From: Ophelia neglecta
Taxonomy: Eukaryota
Direction of reading: 5' to 3'
NCBI GenBank assembly: GCA_965285935.1
Contig: OZ260663.1
Span: 56,792,001-56,856,000, forward strand
DNA: 64,000 nucleotides
Shown here: positions 48,901 to 61,976 of the stretch, one piece after another
How the letters are laid out: every line of letters begins with the position of its first letter
Numbering within the stretch: position 1 is the first letter of the stretch
The notes under the pieces: model-generated
Seen by the model: the letters and a program-made list of their open reading frames with translations, nothing else
Told to the model about the DNA's origin: nothing
Databases searched by the model: none
Program-made: the position numbers and the translations under genes

Positions 48901-51900
48901 CGTAGTAGGCTATAGCCATAAACAATGTTGATAATACTCCACCCTGTTTAATGCTACGTGTGACTGGGAAGTAGTCAGAATATTCTCCGCTTACCCAAAC
49001 ACACGAACTTGAGCCATCGAGCCATTCCCTGATCAATCTCCACAGCCAGCCGCGAATCCCAAGCTTAAACAGCTTGAGTAGTAGACCGTCCCACCATACT
49101 TGATCAAAAGCTTTTTCTATATCAAGAAATGCAGCAAATACTTTGCCTCCGCGTTCATTGAAAAACCGAATGCTCTCCTGTACACTGAAAGTCAGGAGTA
49201 CATTATTTGACTGTTTTTTGCAATGTTGCAGTGGACCGAGGAAACAGTTCTCTTTCATCCAGGGCTCTAAACGCGTCCTAACAATTTTTTCCAAGAGTTT
49301 GTTCAAGACTGACTTCAGAGATATACCCCTGTATGAGTTTTTGTCCGTCTTGTCCTTCTTTTTACCCTTGTAGAGGGGGACAATCACACCTTGCTTCAAG
49401 GAACGAGGTATATGGCATGTGAGAATGATATCATTATAGAGCATGGCCAGTAGTTTATATAAGCTGCGACTTCCGTATTTCAGGTGCTCATAAACTAGTC
49501 CATCTCGTCCCGATGCCTTGCCGTTGGGGAGAGATTTTGCTATCTTTTCCACTTCTTCTGCAGAGATAGATTCCAACGGAATGTCACAATCATGCTCTGG
49601 CGAATCAGCTGATTCTGTACAAATCTGCAGTTCACTTTTCACAGTATTTGCAAAATCATTATCAAAACAGTCTGACTCATTAACTTGCTCATTCAAAAGC
49701 GTCTCAAAATGCGAGGCCCACATATTTCGGAGGTCAACCGGAGTCGAATAAGTCACTCCCTCTGATTTTATTAGATGGAGCCCTTCATCTGTGACTCGTT
49801 TACTGCGGACATAGCGCCAGAATGCTTCTAGGGAGGTGTTCATTGTGATTTCGGTTTATTCTTGATTGATGGTTTTCTCTGTCTTCCGGGTATTCACCCC
49901 CGTTTCTTAGAAGCCACCAGGTTTGACATCTATATAACGAGAACATACAGCGAAATACCTTTCCAATATTCCTAAACAGCTTAATTGTAAAACTCAACTC
50001 AAATATAGAATTAGCTGTACCACATTACTAAGTAATAAACATTTGACTTCTAGATGTTTATATAGCAGCGTTTACGGCATGTCAGTTTCCATTTAACAAG
50101 CTAAATCTGTATTAAAAACACTTATGCTTGACTTACTAGCTGTCAGGAACGCCTGCTTGTACCGTTGTTGAAACGTATAATATCACGTGATATGTAAAAT
50201 AAGGCGTGTTATACGCAATATTAAGCAGTACCCGTAAAGGATTCAGGACTTAGATTCCAATCTAACCTTTCGAAATAGAATCCAATTCGCGTAGCAATTG
50301 TAGAAACAAGAGACGGCCTGTTGTGCACATGGCTTTATAGAAAGGACGGAAACACTATGGCACGGGCACCTAACTTCACTGGCAAAAAGATTATCTATAT
50401 ACATGTTAAAGTCAAGCAACTTGTCTGAATGGTTCGATCAGTAGGGCAAATCTTAGCGTTAGTGACCGGCGATAGTACCTATTTTGGCCGAAAATTGATA
50501 TGTACAATGGTCGTGTGTGGTAACGAATACGCAGAAATCAGTTTGTCCACTGTAACGTTACTTATTTTGATGATTTTTGGTCATGACGTTTAAAACTGGG
50601 ACAGAACGTTTTGTGCACTTTTGTTCAAAGAGTGCGGCTTGTAAGCTGCATAATCGTGTTATACTAATCATCTCGGCTACTATCAAACCGATCATACTTC
50701 TGCGATCACTGCTGATTCCATATTATCGGTTTTGCTCTTACAGTTTATCGCCGTGGAGCTTCCATACCATCGAGTTGACGGCGAAAGAAGACGTTGGCTC
50801 CTGAAGGCTTTCAAAAATGTGGCCAAGTTGATGGGACTTTACCTGTATGGATTTGTGGTCGCAATAGGTCTGACTGAGGCGGGAAAGCTCACCATTGGTC
50901 GTCTGCGACCTCATTTCATAGATGTGTGTCAACCAGACTTCTCTAAAATCAATTGCTCCCAGGGGTGAGTTTGAGTGCTTTGTGTCGTTGGTAAGATTTG
51001 TTCAAAGTAAAGAATGGTAGGGGAAGCAAAGAATCCGGTAATGCAAGAATCCAATAATGCGATAGGCCTATATTATTATTAATTGGTACAATGGAATACA
51101 AAGGTTCTTTTTCAGTACAGGGTGGCAAAGATTCAATTGTACTTTAGTGTACATGTATAGATTACTTTATAGGTACATGCATAATTTATTTTATAGGTAC
51201 ATAGAGGATACCATGTGTATGAATACAGAGAGTACAATCCTGCGTGAGGCCAGAAAATCTTTTCCATCTGGTCATGCTACATTTGGGTTTTACATTGCAA
51301 CGTTTCTGGCTGTAAGCCCAACCTTTTGCCTTAACTGCTTAACTATTGCTTAAATTAACAATATTGGTAAGAAACAGAGAGAAACAAATGGTAATGATAG
51401 GCTCAACATTTAAGCAAAAGTAAATGCCCAAAGCCCAGCCTTTATTTTGGTAACAATTGGTGACCTTCAACTTGTATGGGAAAAACAGAGTTCACCGGGG
51501 AAAGGCCAACATTCCCACCTCAAGAATGTCCCTAAAGTGGGTTAAGTTCCCCGTTAATCGATTAACCGTAAACCGTAGGTCAACATGACATCATGTCCTA
51601 ATTCATGCATGTTCATAATTATATTTTCGACATTGATTTCAGTATTACTACCAGCAGCGTATCCGGCTGAAGTTTTCGGTGTTACTCAAACCGACTCTTC
51701 AAGCTATTCTCATCCTGGCAGCTATTTTTTGTACCCTCTCACGGGTTATGGACAACAAACACCACCCCGGGGACGTGGCTGTTGGAGCTCTCATAGGAAT
51801 GCTGGTTGCATTCTGGATGGTGAGTGTACGGGTGAAAACTAAATTGATATTTTTTTTTTTTTTCATATCATATAGCTATGGTATTGTTCACATCGGTTGA

Positions 51901-52186
51901 AACTGATGACTTTAACAATGCTCAGTTTTTCAGTAAGTCGTTAAGTGTAATTTAACCTTTTTTGTATCGTTTTGCAAAGCTTATAGATCTACTCTATCTA
52001 GCTTCACTTTTTGTTCATTTCCAGATATTTTCATTGGGCAAATTATTAGGCTACAGGCAATATCATGTAGGATTGTATAAGGGAGAAGGCGAAGATGGGC
52101 AGCCACACTTCTTCGGGCTAAATTTACAAGACACCGACGACCTAGGTTTAGGTCGGCAACGTGCTGGCCTAGATGAGTGCGTCTAG
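45923..52186 (+). CDS. Phospholipid phosphatase (PAP2/PLPP1-3/wunen family), about 300 aa
   Basis: Exons 45923-45998, 46536-46687, 50744-50964, 51197-51311, 51643-51819, 52025-52186. RGFYCNDESIRYPY and catalytic motifs C1 KLTIGRLRP, C2 PSGH, C3 SRVMDNKHHPGD. The first exon is the least certain. Confidence 0.9.
47163..47332. repeat. 170-bp direct repeat, copy 1 (flanks the LINE 3' end)
   Basis: Matches 49838-50007 with 2 substitutions by eye. Confidence 0.95.
47333..49837 (-). mobile_element. 5'-truncated non-LTR retrotransposon (LINE) in PLPP intron 2, antisense to the host gene
   Basis: RT motifs KASGRDG, YRGISL, FLDIEKAFDQV, IKQGGVLS, LADD in ORF 48077-49843. One frameshift near 48130 continues into ORF 47532-48098, which has a CxxC...H...C knuckle. 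No endonuclease domain. The 3' end reads GAATAAACATAAACT. Clade not determined. Confidence 0.92.
49838..50007. repeat. 170-bp direct repeat, copy 2 (flanks the LINE 5' truncation point)
   Basis: Matches 47163-47332. Confidence 0.95.
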
Positions 52187-53938
52187 TCGTCGAGTTTTCA
52201 GTCGTCAATCTTCTGCACGTTACAGTGTCTGAAATGCAAATAAGTTTATAGGTGTATGCAATACTGCCGATTGTTTCAAAGGAGATTTTAAAATGTATAA
52301 TAATTTATTTCACACGAAACATGAGCACTAAAGGATATCGATAAAAACACTTTGCAAACACAACACAAGCCCAGAAACTGTTGTTGGACTTTATTAAGGA
52401 TGATTTAAAACTGCGCTACGGTCACTGTTTAATCAAGTGATTAAATCTAAAAACCATCTTTAATAAGTGATGGCCTATGTAGTATACGCATCTAGTAGAA
52501 CATAAATAACACAGCACAACATTTTGGACCACAAACGTTGTATAAGTATATGATATCATATTGGTTAACAATAGCGCGATGGAAAATTTATCATAAAAAA
52601 GCAATACAGAACATCATGCGAATTATAGGTGGACTATCGAATTTATGGTCATAAAATGGAAACCGAATGCTTTGATAAAGGCCTACTGGATACTCGGCAG
52701 ACGAGGCAAAATCATGTATCACAAATTACCCTTTATTTGGTCCGAATTCATCAGAAACCGTCAGCCGCAGACCCAGAAAATCAATCTATGTTATCTAACT
52801 ATAATTAAGTTTGTATAGGAATACATAATAAAAAATAACAATGAAAGATATCGCTTGAAGAATGAGTTAGTCAACGGTTTTCATGATGAGAGTTGGATCA
52901 TTAAAGTCGGTGGTCAGCGTTTAAAGATCATAAAATTGGAGAAGGCACATTTAAGCAATTCTTTGAGCCGCCGAAAAGCCACCTGCGAATGCTACCTGCG
53001 TTTCCTACTTTGAGGTCATCATTTCCATTAAATTTAATATGATGACAACACAATAGAAAAATACAGGTGGCACTGAGAATTATAAATACCGTCACACTGC
53101 GATACCACTATTTTCCTTCTATCTAGCCAACTACGAACCTGTCATAAGTACCTAAATAATATTGCTAAAAATGCTGGACAGACCAGTGCATACTAAAATC
53201 CAATTTTAAATTTGCAAAACCTGAGTGTTCTTTTCAAATTCGGACATGCCCGACTGGATCCACCTATCACAAGCGATGGATTACACAATACCTCCCATGG
53301 CCAAAAGTGGCATCCGCTAGGTGTAAGCTTTTTATCAGTCAATTGATGAATAAGGTAAGTAAGCTGAAAAAAAAACACAATTAATTCAGGAACCTGTAAA
53401 AAATGGGTTAGCTACAAAGACAACTGCACAAAAGCAGTATGCAAAAAAAAAACATATTCCATTGAAACTAAAGATTTTGCGTCTTATTTTCGAGCCTACC
53501 CACGGTGCGTATGCGATGGTCCGGATGCGGGTTGAATCATATACCCCGAAGTAGTGCATGCTTATCATTCGCCTCGCTTTAAGTCTATCATAGAGATTTG
53601 TCGACATCACTGATGACATGATTACATATCTGAATATAATAAGTTATCACTTATAGCCATCGGTTGTTTTCTCATAACATGTGTACTTATATATAATTAC
53701 CTGCAAGTTATATATCAGTTATGCTTGAGCGGTAGAAGTCTTTCCGGTAGACTTCGCTAAGTCGTCTCAAGGTAGGACAGGGTAGTTAAACTTTTTATAT
53801 CATATGATCGTATCAAAATAAGCAATCGTTTTTGCTGATTGGAAACGTTGATTTCATTTAATGTATATCTAGATAGGCCTATATTGGTTATTTATTTCAA
53901 CTTTTAAAGCAATATAGTTTTATTGGTATGATTTTCAG

Positions 53939-55604
53939 ATGCTGCAGTCCAAATATTTAGTTTGCATATTTGCGTTTACACTTTGGGGTACAGGTATGCC
54001 AACAATTATATATATATTCCCTTTGAAATGTAAACGTTTGGTAACAAATATCAGTAACCATTAATAGTTGTATGTATTGTAAAGATACAGCCGCCCTAAA
54101 ATTATCAATTTTCGCCAGTGTTCAATTCTAGTACTGAATAGAGACATACAGTTCGGTATAATTTCGCGCTGCACCAATTTGCGCACCTGTCTTGAGGTAT
54201 TAATTCATAGTGATTCGGGATTTGACATTTCTCCGTTCTTCGGGATCAAGGATTTTCATACACTATGACCTGGAAGTGTTCAGTTTAATTTTCATGTGAA
54301 TCGGGAAACACTTTTCTAATTTATAGTGAAATAGGAAATGGCTTAAATGGGAAATAGATTATCCCTTATGACTAGAAACATTCAGAAGTCAAATGTCCGT
54401 GATTCGGTTACCCCTTTTCCTAACGGTGAAACGGGAAAACCATCCACCCCAAACCCGCCCCAACCCTCTTGAATGGTTTAAAAAAATTCGGAGTGAGTTC
54501 GCGATGTAAAAGCGTTTCATTTAAAATGATCATAAAAAAGATTTAAACAAGTGTTGCAAGGATTCTTTAAACCGAACACATTCAAAAACGTATTGAGAAT
54601 CACCATTTGCAAATCAATCCGCCATCCCTACCCCTAACCCGGGAATAAATACGGCTAGTGTTATTTTATGCTATGGAGGTTATAACCATTTCAACTCGTA
54701 TAACAACTATGCATTCTATCTACCCGCAGCTAGATGCCTACGTTTTCCGGTAGTAGGAGACTGGGGGGCCAATCCTTCCTCTAGTACCCGCACTCGATAC
54801 CAGAGGGAGGTAGCAGCTGTCATGAACAGCTGGTGTGCCAATGGTGGCTGCGACTTTGTTGTATCAACCGGCGACAACTTCTATCCGGCGGGGGTGACTT
54901 CAGTAAACGACAGGCGATTTGACGTGAGCTGGAATGACATTTACACCGGGTCAGCCATAAGAGGGCTCACGTGGTACATGAGCGTGGGCAATCACGATCA
55001 CCACTATGACAACGATGGCAGGGAATGGCTCCAGGTTCAATACTCCCTCCAAAGGAACGAAAGATGGTGGCAACCAGACCTGTATTATTCCTTCCAACTT
55101 CAAGCATCAGGCAAACTTGTTCATTTTATTGTCCTCGACAGCCAGTCCCTTCGTAAACGCACGAATGACCACAATGCACAGATAGCATGGCTTGAAACTC
55201 AGCTGCGCTCCTCAAGCGCAGATTGGAAAATCATCATCGTGCACCATCCGGCATACACATCCGGCAACTACGGTCCCGGAAGCAGCACCATACGCAATAG
55301 AGTGATGCCATTGGCAGATCGGTACGGCGTGGACGTGTTATTCACAGGACACGACCACAATCTGCAGCACATTTCCAAAACGGATGGCTCGGGCGTAGAT
55401 CACGTGGTGTCCGGTGGTGGCAGTGCGGGTTTGTACTCTCAGCGGTCTGCTCACGTGACTGATCTCCGGAACCGAGGGTACACCGTAAGGCATTTCACCC
55501 TACAATATGGTTTTGTAGGAGTCGAGATTAACTCCAGTCGTATCAAGATGCAGTTCTACGACAGATACAACAATAACGTGTACACCTATAGAAGATATGC
55601 CTAA
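53939..55604 (+). CDS. Purple acid phosphatase, ACP5/TRAP-like, secreted or lysosomal (about 309 aa)
   Basis: Signal-peptide exon 53939-53993 plus exon 54730-55604. Metal-binding motifs GDWG, GDNFY, GNHD, VHHP, GHDH. Confidence 0.92.
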
Positions 55605-55715
55605 TGAAGACAGAATTCAGGCAAATATCGTAAAGTTTGTTTTTTACGTGTACACCTATAGAAGATATGCTTAATAAAGAAAGCATTCAGCTAAATATCG
55701 TAAAGTTTGTTTTTT
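55576..55715. repeat. 70-bp tandem duplication spanning the ACP5-like stop codon
   Basis: 55576-55645 and 55646-55715 are near-identical (ACGTGTACACCTATAGAAGATATGC...GTAAAGTTTGTTTTTT). Confidence 0.9.
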
Positions 55716-57503
55716 GTTAAGCTTTGCTAAGCGATGTGGTATGTATCGAACGTCCAGTCCCTTCTCCGGGATCAAGTCACTGGGTGGTTCAACACTCCTC
55801 TTGGGGTGTTAAGGAGTACATATATTCATATATAGAAAGGGGAAAAAAGGTCTAATGCGGTATATCTATATATATATAAAATTGTTATTATTATTATTTC
55901 AGTGGGATAGTTATCAAAATTTTAGGATCCACTAACTGTAAAGATAGCATACATTTAATGCTGCAGGCACATCCCTTGAGGCATCAACAAACCGATTCTG
56001 TATTTATGGATATGATATGGATCCAATCAACAATGATTCTACGCATTGACATCAATTACGTTACATTTATCAATGTAATGTCAACGTATATAACAAAACA
56101 TTTAAAAATAGCATTAACATGAATTAAATGTTACCATTTCAAGATATTAAAACAAAATAAGGGCGAAGACTATTACTGTTTTTAACATAATTTCCATTAC
56201 ACAATACTACTGTAGACGTTACTATTAGAAGTAGGTAATACAAATAAGCCCGAAACTAATTTGTCATCAACAAATAGGTAAAAAGCACCCTCATGTTCTT
56301 TTTGTCCGATAATTAAAATTATATCTGTTTGATTCAGTCTCAAAGTTTCAAAAGCTAAAAGGAGGAAGTGAAGTACAGTAGTATAATTGTACTTATTATT
56401 CTACCACCCATGACTTCGATATGGGATTGGGGGATTATTAATCATTGTACATAATATTTGCTGATACAATGGATAACAATGGTGCAATATTCATTCCTGG
56501 CCAGTGTTTCACTAAAAACGCCCGAGGTAATTTTCGCTAGCTCCATACTTTTTGAATATGGAGATTTGGATTAATGTACTTTTTTTCTCTCAATAAATCA
56601 TAGATACAACTTTTTGCTTATTGCTCTACAAGGTAATAGGAAAAATACCATAAGAAATGTTGTTTTTTATTCAGAAATACAATAATTGAAAAAGCAGAAT
56701 ATTTTTTAACCTTAATGTAACAAGTTACGTTCACTCGTCTCGTGTTTCAGAAAAGCGAAAGTATCTAAACTTATAGGAAATATTTCGCTTCAGATATCTA
56801 CCCTATTAATAACCACTCGAGGTGAGAGCAATCAATTCTTTGCCTTATTAGGCACCAATAACAACAAATTAACAATAATGACTTAAACTACACATATGAT
56901 CATCCATATGTAAAACACTTATAGAAATTGTCACTAAACCCTGAGAACTCAGCCCTTGCTCATTTCCCCGATTATGCAAACCACCCCTGCCACAGTAACC
57001 GGTAACATTTTGCGGTCGCACTGATAAAGGCTTATAATATAGTGACTTTTCAACCAATTAAACAAGTTAGCAAACATCCCTTCTTGTTTTTTACACAAGT
57101 GTTAGCACAGGGCGGAAGTGATTGAAACAAAATCCATTTTGTACTGTATTATGCCTGTGTAATTTTACGTTTTAAGTTTTTTTTTTTTGAATATATAGGT
57201 AATTGCTTTTTCTTCAAATATAACACGCTTAATTTTAGTATATTCAGTTTTGTTCGAGTATTTCCTTCCACCGTTATCTATAATTATGTACACTGACTGT
57301 CCAAAATATAAATACCATGCAATATATATAGCACTAATAAGAAAATATAAATCTTGTTGCGTTTAAACAAAATTTTCCCAACTTTACATTTCGAAATATG
57401 ACTTAAATACATGCAAGTATTTTTTAATAACATATGCAAGTTCATTCATAAATAAATGCGTGTTTTAAATGGGCTTTTTCACTTATAATATGGAATAAAA
57501 AAT

Positions 57504-60500
57504 TCACCAGTCGAGTTTCATATCTGCCTTGCTCCATTCATATTTACCGCCTCTCTTATAGAACATTTTCTGGTCAAACCCACTACGATCCATGGCGGCT
57601 TCTACACCAACGTCCAAGATGGAGGGAGAGGGAACCTTGGCTCCGCCACTACAGTCCAGAAAACGCATCTGAAAGAATGCAATACCACCTGGTCAGTCGA
57701 ATGATAGCTGACTATGATTAACTGTTGAAGTCAGTACTACTATGTGTATAACCATGCACGTCGATTTCATTTACTGCAGAATGTGAATTCATAAAACATG
57801 TTGTTATGACATGCAGGGTATGCTTACACATTCGTCCAAAATCAGGTAAGAGTTCTGCATCTGAAATATTAAGATTACTAATTAAAGTTAATAAAGTATT
57901 TTTGTGTATTCTTCGGAAGACCATGGTGGGAATCCTATCGGGAGCCTCTCCATGAGAAAAATATTAATGATTAATAAGTAGCAGGATTTATCTAGTCTAT
58001 TTCAGCCACTGGCAATATAAACTTTGTTACGCTAGAAACTTGCAAAGTCTTTTGCATTAAGAAATAAAAGTTCTAATTTGAGATCCATTTCTTTCTAATT
58101 CTTCTATTAAGTAGGCTTATTTGATATGTACCTTCTCGTTTGATTCTGGTACCAAACAGCTGAAATGATTGTGTCTGTCAATAAATTGCCGGAAGTGATC
58201 CTCGCTGATGACGTATCTCTCCGCATTCCGCTTGGCGTCGTCTCCACAGTTCTCGCCTTCCAGCAGCAAACACTGAAACACCTGTGTGGGGAATACACCA
58301 TCGATTATTCAATGTGCCATAATCCTCTAAAACTCTTCCAGAGTTTTGGGTAAATCCGATAATCAATAGGTTATGCAATACTCAATTGGAGGAATCCATT
58401 ATTTGCAAAATGGGGGATCGAGGGTAGGGGGGCTAGATGATTTGCTGTTAAGAAAAAAAAAGTTTTACATATTCCTACAAAATAAGTTTGTTTGTCATAT
58501 TTAGGCATCCTCTCCTATGCTTTTTTTGCCAAAAACCAAATCTTAGGCTGCGCTGGGAGAAAACTGGCCGCCAACATTTAAATGGCAAATATTCGACATG
58601 GGTGAGTTTACAAGCCTGGCTGTTGCAATTGCAGTCTGCTGGGTGTGACCTTACATCATTTGAATATTCAGATGACACTAATCTTTAAGAATTGCATAAA
58701 ACTCACACCCCTTTATTATCCCATAAAACGGATACTTTTAGACTTTCAGTATATAAAAATGACCATTCTGGAAAATGCTGTGCGGTTTTAATTTCTGGCC
58801 GTGTGCATCACAGACGCTTAAGTCAGTTTATTCTATTCTTTTTTACCCTTATGCTCTGTATAGTCGATTGACTTAGTAGAAGGTATAAAAGAAAAATAAA
58901 TGGTGTACACGGTGGCCAAGTTTGGTTTTGATCTAAAACTTATGTGTGCAAATTAGTATTCGCCTTTCGGTTGTTAAATGATATCATCTGATACTGTTAG
59001 CCGCCACTATGAAGTTACTTGTAATGCTTTCCTTTTACCTTCCATCGGATAGGGTTAAGCAGCTGCACACCGTCAGACATGTCCTCGTCATGATTGTATG
59101 TATTGACAACCGTGTTCAGCTTAAACGCAACCTGTTCAAAAACATTCAAAATACAAAACAGGATTCATTATTTTAGATTTAATGAAGGTAAACGTTGTTT
59201 GGCATATATATTAACAGTGTCAATATTAATTCCTTCTTCTTTATGGTTATCCTATCTAGTAGAGGAATCTCATGTAAATGGTGCTTCCTTATTGTGTATA
59301 AACATATCCAACTTCTTCCACGATTGGTGCTCTCAGTCTTTTTTCGGGCAATTTGTATGTATTAATGCTTTTAGGTTAGCGAAAATATGTGCAGTTAGTC
59401 TAGACTGAACTTAACTCATAGTCTATAGTTAAACATGTCCGAAAATATTTCTTTAAATCTATAAATGTGTCAGAATTCTTTATGTTGAAAATCCATTGCA
59501 GCTGCAAATTTACTTGCAGAGTACCCTACCTTCGTAATCATCATCTATCTCAAAACCTTTCAAATTGTGAAAGAAGTAGGGCCTATTGGTTGGAAGAGCA
59601 GACAACCAACCTCATTGAAACAAAAGGTCGAGTTTTTAACATTTTAAAAGCTCATCCTCGAACCAGAGTACGTTAAAAGTGGCCACATCACGCCTCGCTC
59701 GTACCATCTTAGATATAGTAACGTGAGTATAAACAACTAGGCCTATTATTGAAGAACTACTTTATCAAAAAACCAAAATATTTCCTACACAAAAACAACA
59801 TTGTTGTGACGTCAGCAATAACACTAACAATCTGAAATTGACCTGGTAGGAACTATCCATTTATTAGTCCAGATTACATTTATGTTCTTAGTGTTATAGA
59901 ACTCCGCTCTCATGTTTATTGTATGTCATTGGTTATTAAATGGATTGTTGCCAAAGATTTGAAGGATGCGGAAATGTGGATACCTTGTAATCAAAACACC
60001 AGTTTCGCACTCGAATCAGACTGTCAAGGTGGTTTTTCTGCCCCTGTTGTCTACCAATGAGCGCGTTGGTTTCCGGGGAAAAACTGTCACAAGATAGTGC
60101 CAAAATATCTAGGAACTCGCCTGTAAATAAAATGTTTGGAATAAGATCTTATTATGAAAAAAAGGTAACCGTTACATTTGCTAAGGCGAGGAAGTGGGTA
60201 AGGAAGGGTCCAATTACCTTAATGTGACGGAACTCGGTTATAAAAATCTAACGTCCCTTTTCCCTATAGCTTCGGAAACCAAAATAAAGTCATGACATCT
60301 GCCTTCTCCCACCCCACCCACAGCCCCACCCCCATCACCACCCCCATTATATGATAGCTGTATTTTTTGATTCCATTTCTTCAATTCTTAAATGTACCGT
60401 ATTTTGTGAACCATTTTTCCCTGATGACACTGCCATTGCTGACTATGCTGACGCTGGAAATACCAAGTTCTTGTTTGCAGAATTTCACTAAATCACCGAC

Positions 60501-61781
60501 ATACTCTCCTCGTTTTTCCAGAAAGGGTTCTCCACCAGAAAAATTAATCTTCTCCATGCCTGCCATTGGGAAAATAAACAAATATATTTAAAGAAAAAAA
60601 CACTGTGTTAAAGGTTCGAAATTGATCACATGGTCGTTTTATCATAATTAATTTTGTAGTCATAATATGGAATTGGGGATTGGCAACGAACTAAGGTACT
60701 TTTATGCATAAAATTGTTAAATGTATCATATTGCATTAAATAATCAATTATGGTCACTATGGCAATCGTTTTTCAGGCTTCACACAAATATTCAAGTTTA
60801 ATCAGTATAACCCGAAAGAGATTATTAACACAAAAATTTCATAGATCAGTTATTTATCCCACAGCAAATGTTTCGACAGGACAATCTGCATATTTCCTGA
60901 AAATGAGGCAAACAAGTTTAAATCTAGGGGTTTATTGACCTTTGACCCCGGGAGATTGAGCCAAATGACCTCTGGTGGCAACTTTTCACCACCACAAACT
61001 GAAATTAACATTATTTTTACCAAATATTAGGGATAATATAAGGGGCCCACTTTCAAACTTAAACTGACTCGCTTTACACGTGAAAATGGAAAATTAAGGT
61101 TGAAAATAGGGAATAAATGGGATAAAGGGCAAATGGGGCAAATAATGCCTTTTCGCATGCACGCCACCACGTTTGGCTGCTCGGAAAGTAACAATTCATA
61201 ATTGGTACATTGAGTAGCCCATTGCTATGACATTATTCAAATATCAAGTTGATCCCTCCAGCTTACAGTCACGTGTGATTTTAAAGAGTTATATTTTAAG
61301 TCTCACCTGCTTTTGCGAGCATGCGCAGTCCTTCCTTGGCCTTCTCTAAAGGAAGGACAAAAGAGGTCTTGGCAGTGTGGAAGCAGAAGCCACAACTATA
61401 GTTACACTGTCTTGTAAAGTGGTAGTTGACGCTCACAGGAACAGTGGACGGTTTAGCTACACGGCCATTGAATTTGCCTACAATTTCCGACATTTTCAAG
61501 TCAGTTATTGTATCCGTTTTCCTGTGATTTATATCCGCGAGCTTTTTGTTCTTTGATACCTTGATCAGTTGATGCCTTTTTACGATAGAGACGACTCTAA
61601 GTAGTCCAACAGTTAAAGTTACCCAAAGAAACACGCCGATTAACAAAACTGCCCCAATAAAACGGCAGCCATTCATTTGGTAGTGCATGGCAAACGTATT
61701 ATATGTCAAATCGCCAAAATTAGTCAGCCACTGTGGCATCCTACGACTTACATTTGCCACTTCTTGATTTATTTCGTCCAT
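57504..61781 (-). CDS. RSAD2: Viperin (radical SAM antiviral protein), about 404 aa
   Basis: Exons 61781-61307, 60559-60398, 60120-59984, 59131-59039, 58281-58132, 57860-57828, 57668-57504. Motifs [24 protein letters not shown] (CxxxCxxC), [33 protein letters not shown], terminal KLDW. Confidence 0.97.
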
Positions 61782-61847
61782 TGTCACCGTGTTGATCAAC
61801 CGTTCACCGATAAATGTACCACTCTTTAATCTGTCGGTGTCACGGTA

Positions 61848-61976
61848 TTTATACTTATTTTACTTGTTTAGTGGTAGCCTAGTTATAACCGAGAGCGCCT
61901 CTACGAGAGCGCAAGTGCAACGCATACGTTGAACTTTCCCCATGCATGGCAATGCGTTTCACAAGTATCGATTTCC
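61848..61976 (-). promoter_or_regulatory. Viperin proximal promoter: TATA box, kB-like and ISRE-like motifs
   Basis: TATAAA on the minus strand at 61853-61848. GGGGAAAGTTC (minus) at 61941-61931. AGTATCGATTTCC at 61964-61976 is one mismatch from the ISRE consensus AGTTTCNNTTTCY. Confidence 0.45.

Noticed and set aside
47163-50007. LTR retrotransposon or Penelope interpretation of the flanking repeats
   Set aside because: The RT is of non-LTR type, the repeats lack TG...CA ends, and no gag, integrase or GIY-YIG domain is seen.
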